Shown one piece after another: positions 25,801-36,511 of a DNA stretch of 64,000 bases (the first letter of the stretch is position 1; every line of letters begins with the position of its first letter). The stretch comes from Octopus sinensis (Eukaryota), in NCBI RefSeq assembly GCF_006345805.1, contig NC_043001.1:30256001-30320000 (forward strand), read 5' to 3'. Both the position numbers and the translations under genes were made by a program. The notes beneath the pieces are model-generated. The model searched no databases. It was not told the DNA's origin and was given only the letters and a program-made list of their open reading frames with translations.

Positions 25801-28800
25801 ACTGTAGAAAGAATGGTTGAAGGAACAGTGCAAAAGATGTTACCTAGGGTTGTTGGAGAAATTTTAACAGGAAATGCACAAAGGATATTGCCAGAGAAAG
25901 GGCAATTGATGTTACATGGAACAGGACAAGAGATACTCACTGCAAAAGGACAAAGGATACAACATGGAACTGGACAGGGCATGTTACTTGGAACTGGGCA
26001 AAGGATTCTACCTGGATTTGGGCAAGGAATATTACCTGGAACTTGGCAACAGATGTTACCTGGAACTAAGCAACTGATGTTACCTGGAATTGGACAACAT
26101 AGGTTAAGTGTAACATGGCAAAGAATATTGCCTGGAACTGGGCAAAGGATGTTGCCTGGAACTGGACAAGGAGTGATACTTGGAACTGAGCAAGGGGTGT
26201 TACCTGGAACTGGACAAGGAGTGATACTTAGAACTGGGCAAGGGGTGTTACCCAGAACTGGACAAGGGGTGTTACCTGGAACTGGACAAGAAACGATACT
26301 TGGAACTGGGCAAGGAATGTTACATGGAACTGGACAAGGAGTGATACTTGGAACTAGGCAAGAAGTGTTACCTGGAACCGGACAAGAAACGATACTTAGA
26401 ACTGGGCAAGGAATGTTACATGGAACTGGACAAGGAGTGATACTTGGAACTGGGCAAGGGGTGTTACCTGGAACTGGACAAGGAGTGATACTTGGAACTG
26501 GGCAAGGAGTGTTACCTGGAACTGGACAAGGAGTGATACTTAGAACTGGGCAAGGAATGTTACATGGAACTGGACAAGGAGTGATACTTGGAACTGGGCA
26601 AGGGGTGTTACTTGGAACTGGACAAGGAGTGATACTTGGAGCTGGGCAAGGGGTGTTACCTGGAACTGGACAAGGAGTGATACTTAGAACTGGGCAAGGA
26701 ATGTTACATGGAACTGGACAAGGAGTGATACTTGGAACTGGGCAAGGGGTGTTACCTGGAACTGGACAAGGAGTGATACTTGGAACTGGGCAAGGGGTGT
26801 TACCTGAAACTAGACAAGGAATGATACTTAGAACTGGACAAGGGGTGTTACCTGGAACTGGACAAGAAACAATACTTGGAACTGGGCAAGAAATGTTACA
26901 TGGAGCTGGACAAGGAGTGATACTTGGAACTGAGCAAAGGATGATACCTGGAACTGGACAAAGTACAATACAAGGTACATTACTTGGAACTGGACAACAG
27001 ATGTTACCTAGAACTGTACAAATGATGTTGCCAACAACTAAGCAAGTTTTGTTACCTGCATTTCGACAAAGGATATTACTAGGAACTGGGCAAGGAATAT
27101 TAACTGGAAGTGAACAAGGGATGTCACATGGATCAGAAAAAGGTGTGTTACTAGGAACTGGACAGAGGATGTTACCAGCTACTATGCAAGGCATGCTACC
27201 TGGAACTGCAAAAGGTATTTTATCAAGAACTGGGCAAGTGATGTTACCAACTTCTAAACCAGGGATACTTTTCAGAACTGGGCAAGTGATGTTACCTGGA
27301 AGTGAGCAAGTGATGTTGCCATCTACTGAGCAAGAGTTGTTACTTGAAACTAGGCAAGGGATAATGCCTGGAATTAAGCAAGAGATATTACCTGGAACTG
27401 TAGAAAGAATATTATCAGAAACTCAACAAGGGATGTTACCAATAACTCACCAATGGATATCACCAACAAATGAACAGGGAATGTTATTTGGAATTGGTCA
27501 AGGAATGTTCCCTGGAAATGAGCAAGTGATTTTACCTGGAACTACTGAAGGAATATTATCAGACACTGAGCAAAGAATAGTACCTAACACTGGGCAAGGG
27601 ATATTACCTGCTGGGAAAGTGAAGTTACTTGCAATGAGGCAAGGCATGTTACCTGCAACTAGGCAAGAGATGTTACCTGGAATTAAGCAATGGATGTTGC
27701 CGGGAACTCAGCAAGGGATGATACATGCAGTTCCACAAAAAACATTACCTGTTATTGTGCAAGTAATATTACCTGGAACTGGACAACAGATGTTACAGGG
27801 AACTCAGCAAAAGATATTGCCTGTAACTGAGCAATGGATGTTACCTGTATTTAAGCAAGGGGTATTACCTGGAACAGGTCAAGGTATGTTACTTGGAACT
27901 GGGCAAGGGATACTACCTGGAACTGAACAGGCAATGCTACCAGGAAGAAGACAGGGTATCTTTGTACAGGGGAACTTACCAGAAAGTGCACAAAGGATCT
28001 TACCTAAAAATGAGCAAGTAATTTTACCTGCAACTGAACAAGGATCACTACCTGGAAATGTAATATGGATGTTACCTAGGAATTGGCTAGGGATGTTAAA
28101 TGCAACTGGGAAAGGAACTTCATCTGGAATTGTGCAAGAAGCATTACCAGGAATGAAACAAAAATTCCTTCTTGGATATAGGCAAGGTATGTTACCTGGA
28201 ACTGGACAAGAGACATTTGCAGGATATTTGCAAAAGGCCTTAGTTAAAAATGGACAAAATGTGTCACCTGTAACTGGACAACAGATATTACCAGAAAATG
28301 TACAAGAAAGGTTAAATGGTACCAGACATAGAATTTTACCAGTAGAGCAAATCATTTTGCCTGGAGGTATAAAGGAAATATTACCTGTAGCAAGGCAAGA
28401 GTATTTTCCTGAAACTGTGCCCAGTTTGTTACCTGTAGCTGAGCAAGGGGTAGTAGAAGGAAATGTGCAAACAATATTAACTAGCAATAGTCAAAGCTGG
28501 TTCCCAAATAATTTGCAAGGAAACATACCTAAAAATATGCAAGTTGTGGTACCTGGAAATGTACAAGGGACAATATTAGGAACAGTGAAAGAAATACCAC
28601 CTCCAGCTAAGCCAGTGATGATACCAGGAACTCTTAAAGAGATCTACCCTGGTAATTGCCATTGGACTGTACCTAAAATTGGACAAGGGGTGTTACCAGA
28701 AAATGGTCAATGGATCTTTCCTGGAAATAGACAAGTAGTGGTACCTGGAACTAGACAAGGGATGTTACTTAAAACTGGACAAGGGGTCTTACCACAAGTT

Positions 28801-30148
28801 GAGCATAGACTATTAAATGAAAATATGCAGAGGGATTTAACTGGAAATATTAATGGCATCTTACTTAGAAATAGGCAAAATGTGTTACTTATACCTGTGC
28901 AAGGGATTTTACCAAGAAATCATCAAGGGATTTCACCTGAAACTGGATATATGATTTCATCAGACAATGTTCAAAATAACTTCATTGGAACTAAGCAGAT
29001 GTATCCTGAATTTGTTCATAGCTTAGGTAACAATCAGCAAGAGAGTTTAGCTGTAATTGAGCATGAAGAGTTGCCTAGACCCCTCCAATGGACCCTAGCA
29101 GAAAATTGGCAAGGGATGTTACCTGGAGCTGTTAAAGGGACCTTTCCAGAAACTTTGCAACTGACCTTACCACAAAACAAACAGGGGATCTTACCTGGAA
29201 CTGGGAAAGAGATGTTAGCTGTGACTGGGCAGAGGGTGCTACCAGGCACTAATCAAAGGATCTTAGTTGGAATTAGAAAAGATATATCACTTGGAAGTGG
29301 GCAAAGGATGTTGCCAGCAAATAGGCAAAGTATCTTACTCCCAACTGTTCAAGGAGTGTCACCTGCAAACTGGTATGTGATTTTACCTGGGACTGGACAA
29401 TCAATGGTATCAGGGACTAGGGAAAGGATATTACCAGGAACAGGATATGGAATTTTACCAAAAAATGTGCAAAGGATCTCACTTAATCCTGGGAAGGTGA
29501 TCTTTACGGGAGGTAGGCAAAGTGTGTCGCCAGAAGCTATTCAAGGAGCTTTACTAGGAAACAGACAAATGATATTACCAAAAAATGGTCAAAGGGTGTT
29601 ATCTGGAATTGATCAAGGGATATTACTTGCAAATGGACAACAAAAGTTTGGTGGACATGGGCAACAAATTTCCTCAGGAAATATACAAGGGAATTTGCTG
29701 AGAACTGTACCAGTGATGTTACCTGGAACTGTTCAAAATGCAGAACAATATACAACATCACGAATGATGCCAGATATGAGAGGATTAGTAATAATTCCAA
29801 CGTTATCACAAGGAATAAATCCTAAAATGTGGCAAAGAACAGTGCCAAACAGGCTAAATTTGGGAATAGTACAAAACTCACTAAGTACCACGCAAACACT
29901 TTTACCTGAAATATCAGTAAGGAAAATGTATGGAACATTTACCCAAGCAAAGAATGGAATACCACTAAGAGCAAAACACACAAAACTACAAAACAAATTC
30001 AAATCAATACCAGTTAACCCCCAGACGGGTTTAATGACTTTTCTGGAAACTGGAAATAATAGACAGATTTGGAAACCATCTTCAAACCAACATCATGTAG
30101 CAGAGATTGAATTAAAACAGGAAGCAGCTGGCTCTAAACCACAAAAAC
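22841..30148 (+). CDS. 7308-bp symmetric (phase 1-1) exon encoding the bulk of a giant secreted octapeptide-repeat protein
   Basis: TTTACTTTCCAG|AT AAG TGG acceptor and AAA C|GTAAGT donor. 2436 codons without a stop in AT-rich DNA. The ORF track's C-terminal His/Thr run is intronic microsatellite read-through. Confidence 0.92.
24217..25224 (+). repeat. coding tandem array 1: 42 x 24-bp units (MLQNGMPG type) with 144-bp and 288-bp higher-order repeats
   Basis: Units counted from the translation. The order MSG/TLQNS/xLQNS/KLQH/MLQNGR/IAQNG recurs every 6 units. Confidence 0.95.
25789..29739 (+). repeat. coding tandem array 2: about 165 x 24-bp units (VLPGTGQG type), with a homogeneous core at ~26130-26960
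   Basis: GGAACTGGACAAGGA motif at 24-bp spacing. VIL/VLP alternation (16 aa), and R/MLH every 48 aa in the core. Confidence 0.95.
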
Positions 30149-30169
30149 GTAAGTTGAGTTTTCATACAT

Positions 30170-30270
30170 ATGTACATATACATACATACATACACAAGCA
30201 CACATGCATGCATGCAGACACACACATACACATACACACACACACACATACACACACGCACACACACACA
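30170..30270. repeat. (CA)n/(CATA)n microsatellite just inside the intron
   Basis: Directly visible. Confidence 0.9.
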
Positions 30271-30449
30271 TCAGGTGTATGCAGTTGATGTATCATACCC
30301 CATGTATTATACCCAGCAGTATCTGTTGCAGGGATGAATTTTCACACACCCGGTCTGATGTTTATTGTATTTTTAACACAGTATTTCCTGATGTGATGTT
30401 ATCTTGGAACAAATACTGCAGTAACTAGCCTATCAAGTGTACATACTTG

Positions 30450-30493
30450 GAAGGAGGAGAAGAAGAAGAAGAAAAGTTTGATACACAGCTGAT

Positions 30494-30528
<35 letters not shown>

Positions 30529-31410
30529 CTCCCTCTCTCACACACACACACACCCTCTCTCTCTCTTTCTCGAGAAGAGGGGAGGGGGGATGGAGGAGGG
30601 GAGGGGAGGGAAGAAGGTAAGGAGGAAGAACAGTAGGAGGAAAAAGAAGAAGAGGAGAAAGGAAGAAGAAATAGAGGAGAAGGAAGAGGAGGAAAAAGAA
30701 AAGGAGGAAGAAAAGGGGGATGAAGAAGAGGAGTAGGAGGAAGGAGAAATAGAGGAGGAGGAAAAGAGGAGTAGGAGGAACAAGAAGAGAAAGAGGAGGA
30801 AGAAGAAAAAGAAGAAGAGGAGGAAGGAGAGAAGGGGATGAAGAAGAAGAGTAGGAAGAAGAATAAATAGAGAAGGAAAAGGAGGAAGAAGAAATAGAGG
30901 AGAGGGAGAGGAAGAAGAGAAGGAGGAAGAAGAGAAGGAGGTAGAAGAGGAGTAGGAGGAATAAGAAATAGAGGGTGGAAGAGGAGGAGGGGGAGGTGGA
31001 AGATAAGGAAGAGAATGAAGAAGAAAAAGAAGAAAAGAAGGAGGAAGTAGAGGGGAGGAGGAGTAGGAAGAAATGGAGGAGTATGAGGAAGAAGAGGAGG
31101 AAAAAGAAAGGGGAGGAGGAGAGGAGAAGAAGAGGCAGAGGAGGGGAAGAGGAGGGGATTGAGGAGGAGAGGTGAGGAGGAGGAAGCAGCAGAAGAGAAG
31201 GTGGAAGAGGAAGAGGAGGAGGAGTCGGGAAAAGAAGATGAAGAGGAGGAAGAGGAGGAGTCGGGGAAAGAAGATGAAGAGGAGGAGGAGGAAGGAGGAT
31301 AAGAAGAAGAAAAGGCAAAGCTGAGGAGGAGGAGAGGGGAGAAAGGAAGGAGGGTAGGAGAGGGAGGGCAGGAAGAAGAAGAATAGGAGGAGGAGGAGGA
31401 GGAGGAGGAT
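30450..31410. repeat. ~900-bp almost pure purine (GAG/GAA) low-complexity tract with CT/CA runs
   Basis: Directly visible. Explains the Leu/Ser/Pro/Phe and Glu/Lys ORFs. Confidence 0.95.
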
Positions 31411-31635
31411 ATGTATTAGCACACAAAGAACAAAAATTTACTGAGCATATGAGACAGGTATGAAATGGGCATCAGATACAAATGCCATGGATATGAGCTA
31501 AAAACTACAGAGTAAACTTAAATTTTGTATCTTGAAGTATAAAAACTGGTAATTCACATCAAAATAAATGAATACTGCTTTATTTATCAATAATAAATCT
31601 CTGAACGAGATGTAAACAGTAACCGCTCGACAACG

Positions 31636-31912
31636 TAAAGTATAATAGCCATCTCAATATGGCTAACCACTAAGGGTGGGTGTTACTGTAGCTTTTAGCC
31701 CCAGGAGATCATCGTCTCCAGCTGGCTTTAGGCACACTATCTGTGCCCTTATGGTATTTGCAAAGGGAGGTCATCCCTCTCTCGTAAGCCTAAGTGATAT
31801 GCACGGATTGCAGTTTCGAGGTATTTGCCTCTTGTCAACGCACGGTAATCACCGGTTTACAGTAACACCCACCCTTAGTGGTTAGCCATATTGGGATGGC
31901 TATTATACTTTA
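31636..31912. mobile_element. MITE with 55-bp terminal inverted repeats
   Basis: 31636-31690 and 31858-31912 are reverse complements with one mismatch. Ends are TA. Confidence 0.9.
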
Positions 31913-32451
31913 TGCTTTATTTATTAAATATCTATAAAACTGAAATGCCAAAAAGTTGTTTGATTTCTTGGTTATTTGTCTCATTTTGGGATGGGAACAG
32001 TTTAAGGGGCGGTAGACGGGGTCGGATTAGTCTCAAAATTTACATGGGTGGGTGGGTTAAATAGGGTGGGCAATGGTGTGAGGAGGGTTGCAAGTCGCTC
32101 AGGGCTACCGTTTGGTTGCCATCACCACCAAAACCCAAGCAAAGCATGGGTCAAAATAGCTAGTCTTAATATATAAAACAAAGTTTGTGTGTGTGTATGT
32201 GTTTCTTATGGATTCAAAAACTGGGTTACCAATTTGGCGGTGTTTAGCTAAGGCAGGCAACTCTTTATATCTTAGAGCATAATGAGAAAATGTTTAAAAT
32301 ACATGGAGTTTTACCTGGGAATGAAATTTCGAAGATATACTGTCAACTTTATTAGTAGTTTTTAGTAGACAATCTTTTAATGTGAAATATGTTTGCGCTT
32401 TGTTTAGCCCAGATGTAGCAGACATATCACATTGTTTACCACAGACACACT

Positions 32452-32512
<61 letters not shown>

Positions 32513-33646
32513 GTTGTGGTGAAAAAAATACTTTTTCTCAGAATATTTTGCACAATAATTTTTTGAGAAATCTGGACAGCTTTCTTACTGCAAACTATTC
32601 AACTTCAAATTTGAATTGTTCATTCTTGGAAGTCAAGTAGACTGAGATGTACATAAATTGTTATCATATAGAGTGGAAGTTCAGTACAAAGATTTGAACT
32701 CATTATCTTGTGGTTAGTAATCCATTACCTTAAATTTGAAGCCATAAAGTCTTTAAACATTACTTTACTGGGTTCAGTCTTTCAACTGTCACCATGATCG
32801 GGTATCACCTTCAAAATTTAATTAATCATACTGACCTCAGTACATATTTCAATCTGGCATTTATTTTATAGATTCTCTGCTTGATGAACTGCTAGCTTTG
32901 AGGCATGATGGGACACAATATGCGATTTACCAACAAATGTAAACACACACATATTAGATGCAAGAATGATTGTGTGTTTGAGAAGTTTGCTTCCCAACCA
33001 CATGGTTCCATGTCCAGTCCCTTTGCATGGTACCTTGGGCAAGTGTTTTCTACTATAGCCATAGGCCAACCACAGACTTGTGACTGAATTTGGTAGACAG
33101 AAACTGCAGCATTATTCATCAGAAAATGACTGAAAAACATGTTTATACAGAAGAGTTGTTTGCTTCATACTCCTTGTGTGCTGATACTGCCCATAAGAAA
33201 GGAACAAATAATTCAACGTGGTTGTAGGTCATAACACCCAGGCAATGCCAAGGTGCATTGCTAGTCAATTAATAAATCATTGGGAAGAAGTAGTTTCTTT
33301 CATAAGTACAAGGTTTCATATGCATATTAAAGAGCAGGAACAAGATGCAGTGCACCTGAGCACCGTATACAATAATTTCATTATTATTATTAAGATGTTA
33401 ATGATGCTCATTTCTTTCTTAAAGGCATTAGAAATAAAACATCATCATTTTATGTCTGTTTTCCATTCTGGAATGAGACATTAGTGATGCAACAAAGAAC
33501 TGAAGCTGCCTTGTAGACTGAGCCAATCAGAAGTTTACATCAACTCTTGTTTGAATGCATCCATATCCTGAGATTTTAAAAATAAGCTTTGCTACTACAA
33601 TCTACAGATTGTATATAATTAGAATTTGTTTTCTTTATTCCATTAG

Positions 33647-33774
33647 CTGCTAACTCAACAGACCAGAATATTACTGAAGAGGTGAAGGCTTCAGTCTCAG
33701 TCACCAGTATTACATCATATTCTTGGATAATATATATTATTCTGCTTGCCTTAAATCTCCTGACTGGAATGTAG
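33647..33774 (+). CDS. candidate terminal exon encoding a GPI-anchor-signal-like tail
   Basis: TTTGTTTTCTTTATTCCATTAG|CT phase-1 acceptor, reading (P)ANSTDQNITEEVKASVSVTSITSYSWIIYIILLALNLLTGM*. Two N-glycosylation sequons, a Ser/Thr spacer and a terminal hydrophobic run. Confidence 0.65.
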
Positions 33775-33929
33775 ATATATATATATATACACATATGTAT
33801 ATCATACTTTAAGATAAAGCATTAGAAAAAGTGAGTATCCAGCCACAAAATACTTGCTAAATGAACTTATTAAACCTTCTTAATAACCTATTTGCTTCAT
33901 CTGTGGGAGAGTCGCAATTGGTTGTATTG

Positions 33930-34400
33930 ACAGGGCTGACTGCCTTCTAGTTTAAAAGTTTATATCCATTTTGCCACTTATGCAGCCCCATGTCCCTGAC
34001 AACGATTTTTAACTCTTCTTGGTCCAATGCACCTAAGCGTAAAACTGGCAATATGTGAAAATATATCGGAATGTTATTTGGCAATAGAAGTAGTGAACAA
34101 TCAGCAAATGTGTCAGCTTGTATGTCTTGCAAACAACTTGCACATGCAAGTGCTACCAGTCAAAAACTCCACATACCGGAAGCCAGCAACTGTATGGGGT
34201 CATCAGGAGAGAATGCGCACCGTTTCGGGGCCTACTTCTCAACGGCATCAATGCGCACTGACCCCCCTCACTGATATGAGGCCCCACTTGCTAGATCAGC
34301 TGGTTATCAAATAAAGCTCAATATCCTTCTAGCCATCGCTCATCATCTCTTTTTAACCAAATCCAGTGGCTAGCCTTCTCCACTGTAGATTTGATATCAG
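33930..34400 (-). mobile_element. degenerate non-LTR retrotransposon C-terminal fragment (HERO/NeSL-like)
   Basis: The minus-strand peptide IKSTVEKASHWIWLKRDDERW resembles the AxxASxWxWLKR end of RLE-type ORFs. The rest is degenerate. Confidence 0.35.
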
Positions 34401-34918
34401 TCATGGTGGTATTGATACCTTCAAATAAGTAAAAATTGTGATAGACTAACATACTACCCAGGTGAATATATGTATCTTGACCACTTCGTTCCTAAAGGAA
34501 AATTAGTTAATTTATCTCCTGAGAATGTCACACATAAAAGGAATGTTTTTTTTTTTATTTTGGTTTTAACATTCATTTTTTCGTAGTCGCATGAATTAGA
34601 AATATAGATATTTGTAAATGGATTATTGGAATAAATATTTTAAAATAAAGATTAAATTAAAACTAGATGATAAGATACCAGTCCAAAAATGTAAACAGAC
34701 TCAAGCCAATATTTTGGTTAAATTAGTCAAAGAAATAAAATATTGTATCTGGCTCTGGCTTTGGCAAGAGTTTCAATGCTTCACTTTGTATTTAGTAAAC
34801 TAGCACAAGAAACTCATATTTTGGTTTCCTTAGAAATACATGTAGTTTTTCTGAATTTTTATTAACTTATATATCTTTTATCATTATTGGATAAAGTCAT
34901 TATTTCATTTTCCTTCAG

Positions 34919-36180
34919 ATAACTTGGCAGTACCAGTGAACGGTATATTTATGCAAAAGGTTCAAATGTCTTCAAACTACCAAAATAATTCTGAGAATCC
35001 AAAGAGTTTAAAACAATCATCAACCCAACAAAGGAGGGAGAACATCATTAAAAGATCTCTTTTTCACAATTATGCCTCCGCATCTGCACCTCTTAAAAAA
35101 CCAAAAGCTCTGAGAAACAACATACCTAATTTAATCAATTCAGTAATTCCAGCATTTAAGCAATCGAGTCATGAGCCAAAAGGAAGTTTAACACTTCCAT
35201 TTTCTGGTTATAAATCTCATGTACAGATGCTTGATAATGACTTTAGAACACTTTCAAAGAAAGACACATCTCATCTACAAACAATAACTAATTCAGAAAT
35301 GTCACACTCTCAAGACAGAAACAAAATACCAAATACAAATATTGGTATAAAGTCAAATGTATATGCAATGCCAAATAATGGATATACTATACCTTCCACT
35401 GAATACAAGTTTTACACACTAAGACAAAATGGTAAAAGTTATTCTAGATTACCAAACAAACTGCTACAATTGCTTCAACATAACCTTTTGTATCATTATG
35501 CTGGAAAAAATGTACCATTTGAAGGTTTTAGAAAGTTATCACCAATACTTTACAATCCCTCTGTGCCTTTTAGTATACAACAACCTAGACCTTACATACT
35601 TCAACAAATACCAGTAATGAATTTTGAAAGGCCAGTTACTAGAGATGGACCTTACATAGTAGAACCAGGACTACATTATCTTTATCAGCAGCCACCATCA
35701 GGATATGAAACTCGTATTTCAGGAACAGTATCAATTGGTGCAAACCAGATATATACGACCAAAAGAGGTAAAGTGTCGTATAACCCGTATAGAAACTACA
35801 ACCAAGATAAAACGTTATTGAGTAAACCTCCTGTTAAATATAATTCTACATTAAAGTCATTACTTAATCTTGAAAATAATTCGAAAATTTTGAATTCCCT
35901 TGGTTTAAAACATACTAACAAAATTGAACCAAAGACTACAAATGTCTACATATTAAAAACTATTCCTGAATCAAATAATATTACCAGAAGAAATATAAAA
36001 GCAATTAGCAAAGATGTTAAAATTGCACTTCCAAGAAATTCAGAGGGAATACATTTGGATTCCAATTCTACAAGTAAAAGAAGTATAAGAGGAATTTTTT
36101 CATTACGAAATGAACAAGCAAAAAAATTTTCTTTGCATAATTATCATGATTCTGGTTATGAAAATAATCACAATAGATAG
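34919..36180 (+). CDS. terminal exon (420 aa, Tyr/Pro/Asn/Lys/Ser-rich) of the giant protein
   Basis: TATTTCATTTTCCTTCAG|AT AAC TTG phase-1 acceptor, joining as C+AT=His. Open to TAG at 36178-36180. 58+7308+1262 = 8628 nt = 2875 aa plus stop. Confidence 0.8.
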
Positions 36181-36415
36181 AAATAGAAATATATTTCTTA
36201 GAAAATGCATATATGCACACACACACACACACACACATTAGTACGCGATATGTGTAAGGCTATAATAACATATATTCATACAAGTATTTGTATGAATGTG
36301 CTTATGTATGTATGTGTGTATATATACATATATATATATATATACTGGAGTAAGCACATAAATGTGAAACAAGGTGGAAAAAAGAGTACTCAAATACCAG
36401 AGGTAGAGTAATATG

Positions 36416-36511
36416 CTTTATTTAAAAGCAGCAGAAATATAACAAAAGCTGTTACTCAGAGTAAACTCTGAGTAACAGCTTTTGTTATATTTCTGCTGCT
36501 TTTAAATAAAG
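36416..36511. repeat. perfect inverted repeat with 47-bp arms and a 2-nt loop
   Basis: 36416-36462 is the exact reverse complement of 36465-36511. Confidence 0.95.

Noticed and set aside
25782-28487. Antisense Cys/Pro-rich ORFs (PCPVPGNT repeats, 470 and 202 aa) that resemble SPRR or keratin-associated proteins
   Set aside because: They are shadows of the sense GGA-ACT-GGA-CAA codons. They are confined to the homogeneous repeats, have no splice or start context, and break where the sense frame stays open.
30149-30288. His/Thr tail of the 2472-aa ORF
   Set aside because: Read-through past a consensus GTAAGT donor into a (CA)n microsatellite.
30425-31426. 333-aa and 294-aa hydrophobic ORFs, and a Glu/Lys ORF
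   Set aside because: Translation of a GAG/GAA low-complexity tract.
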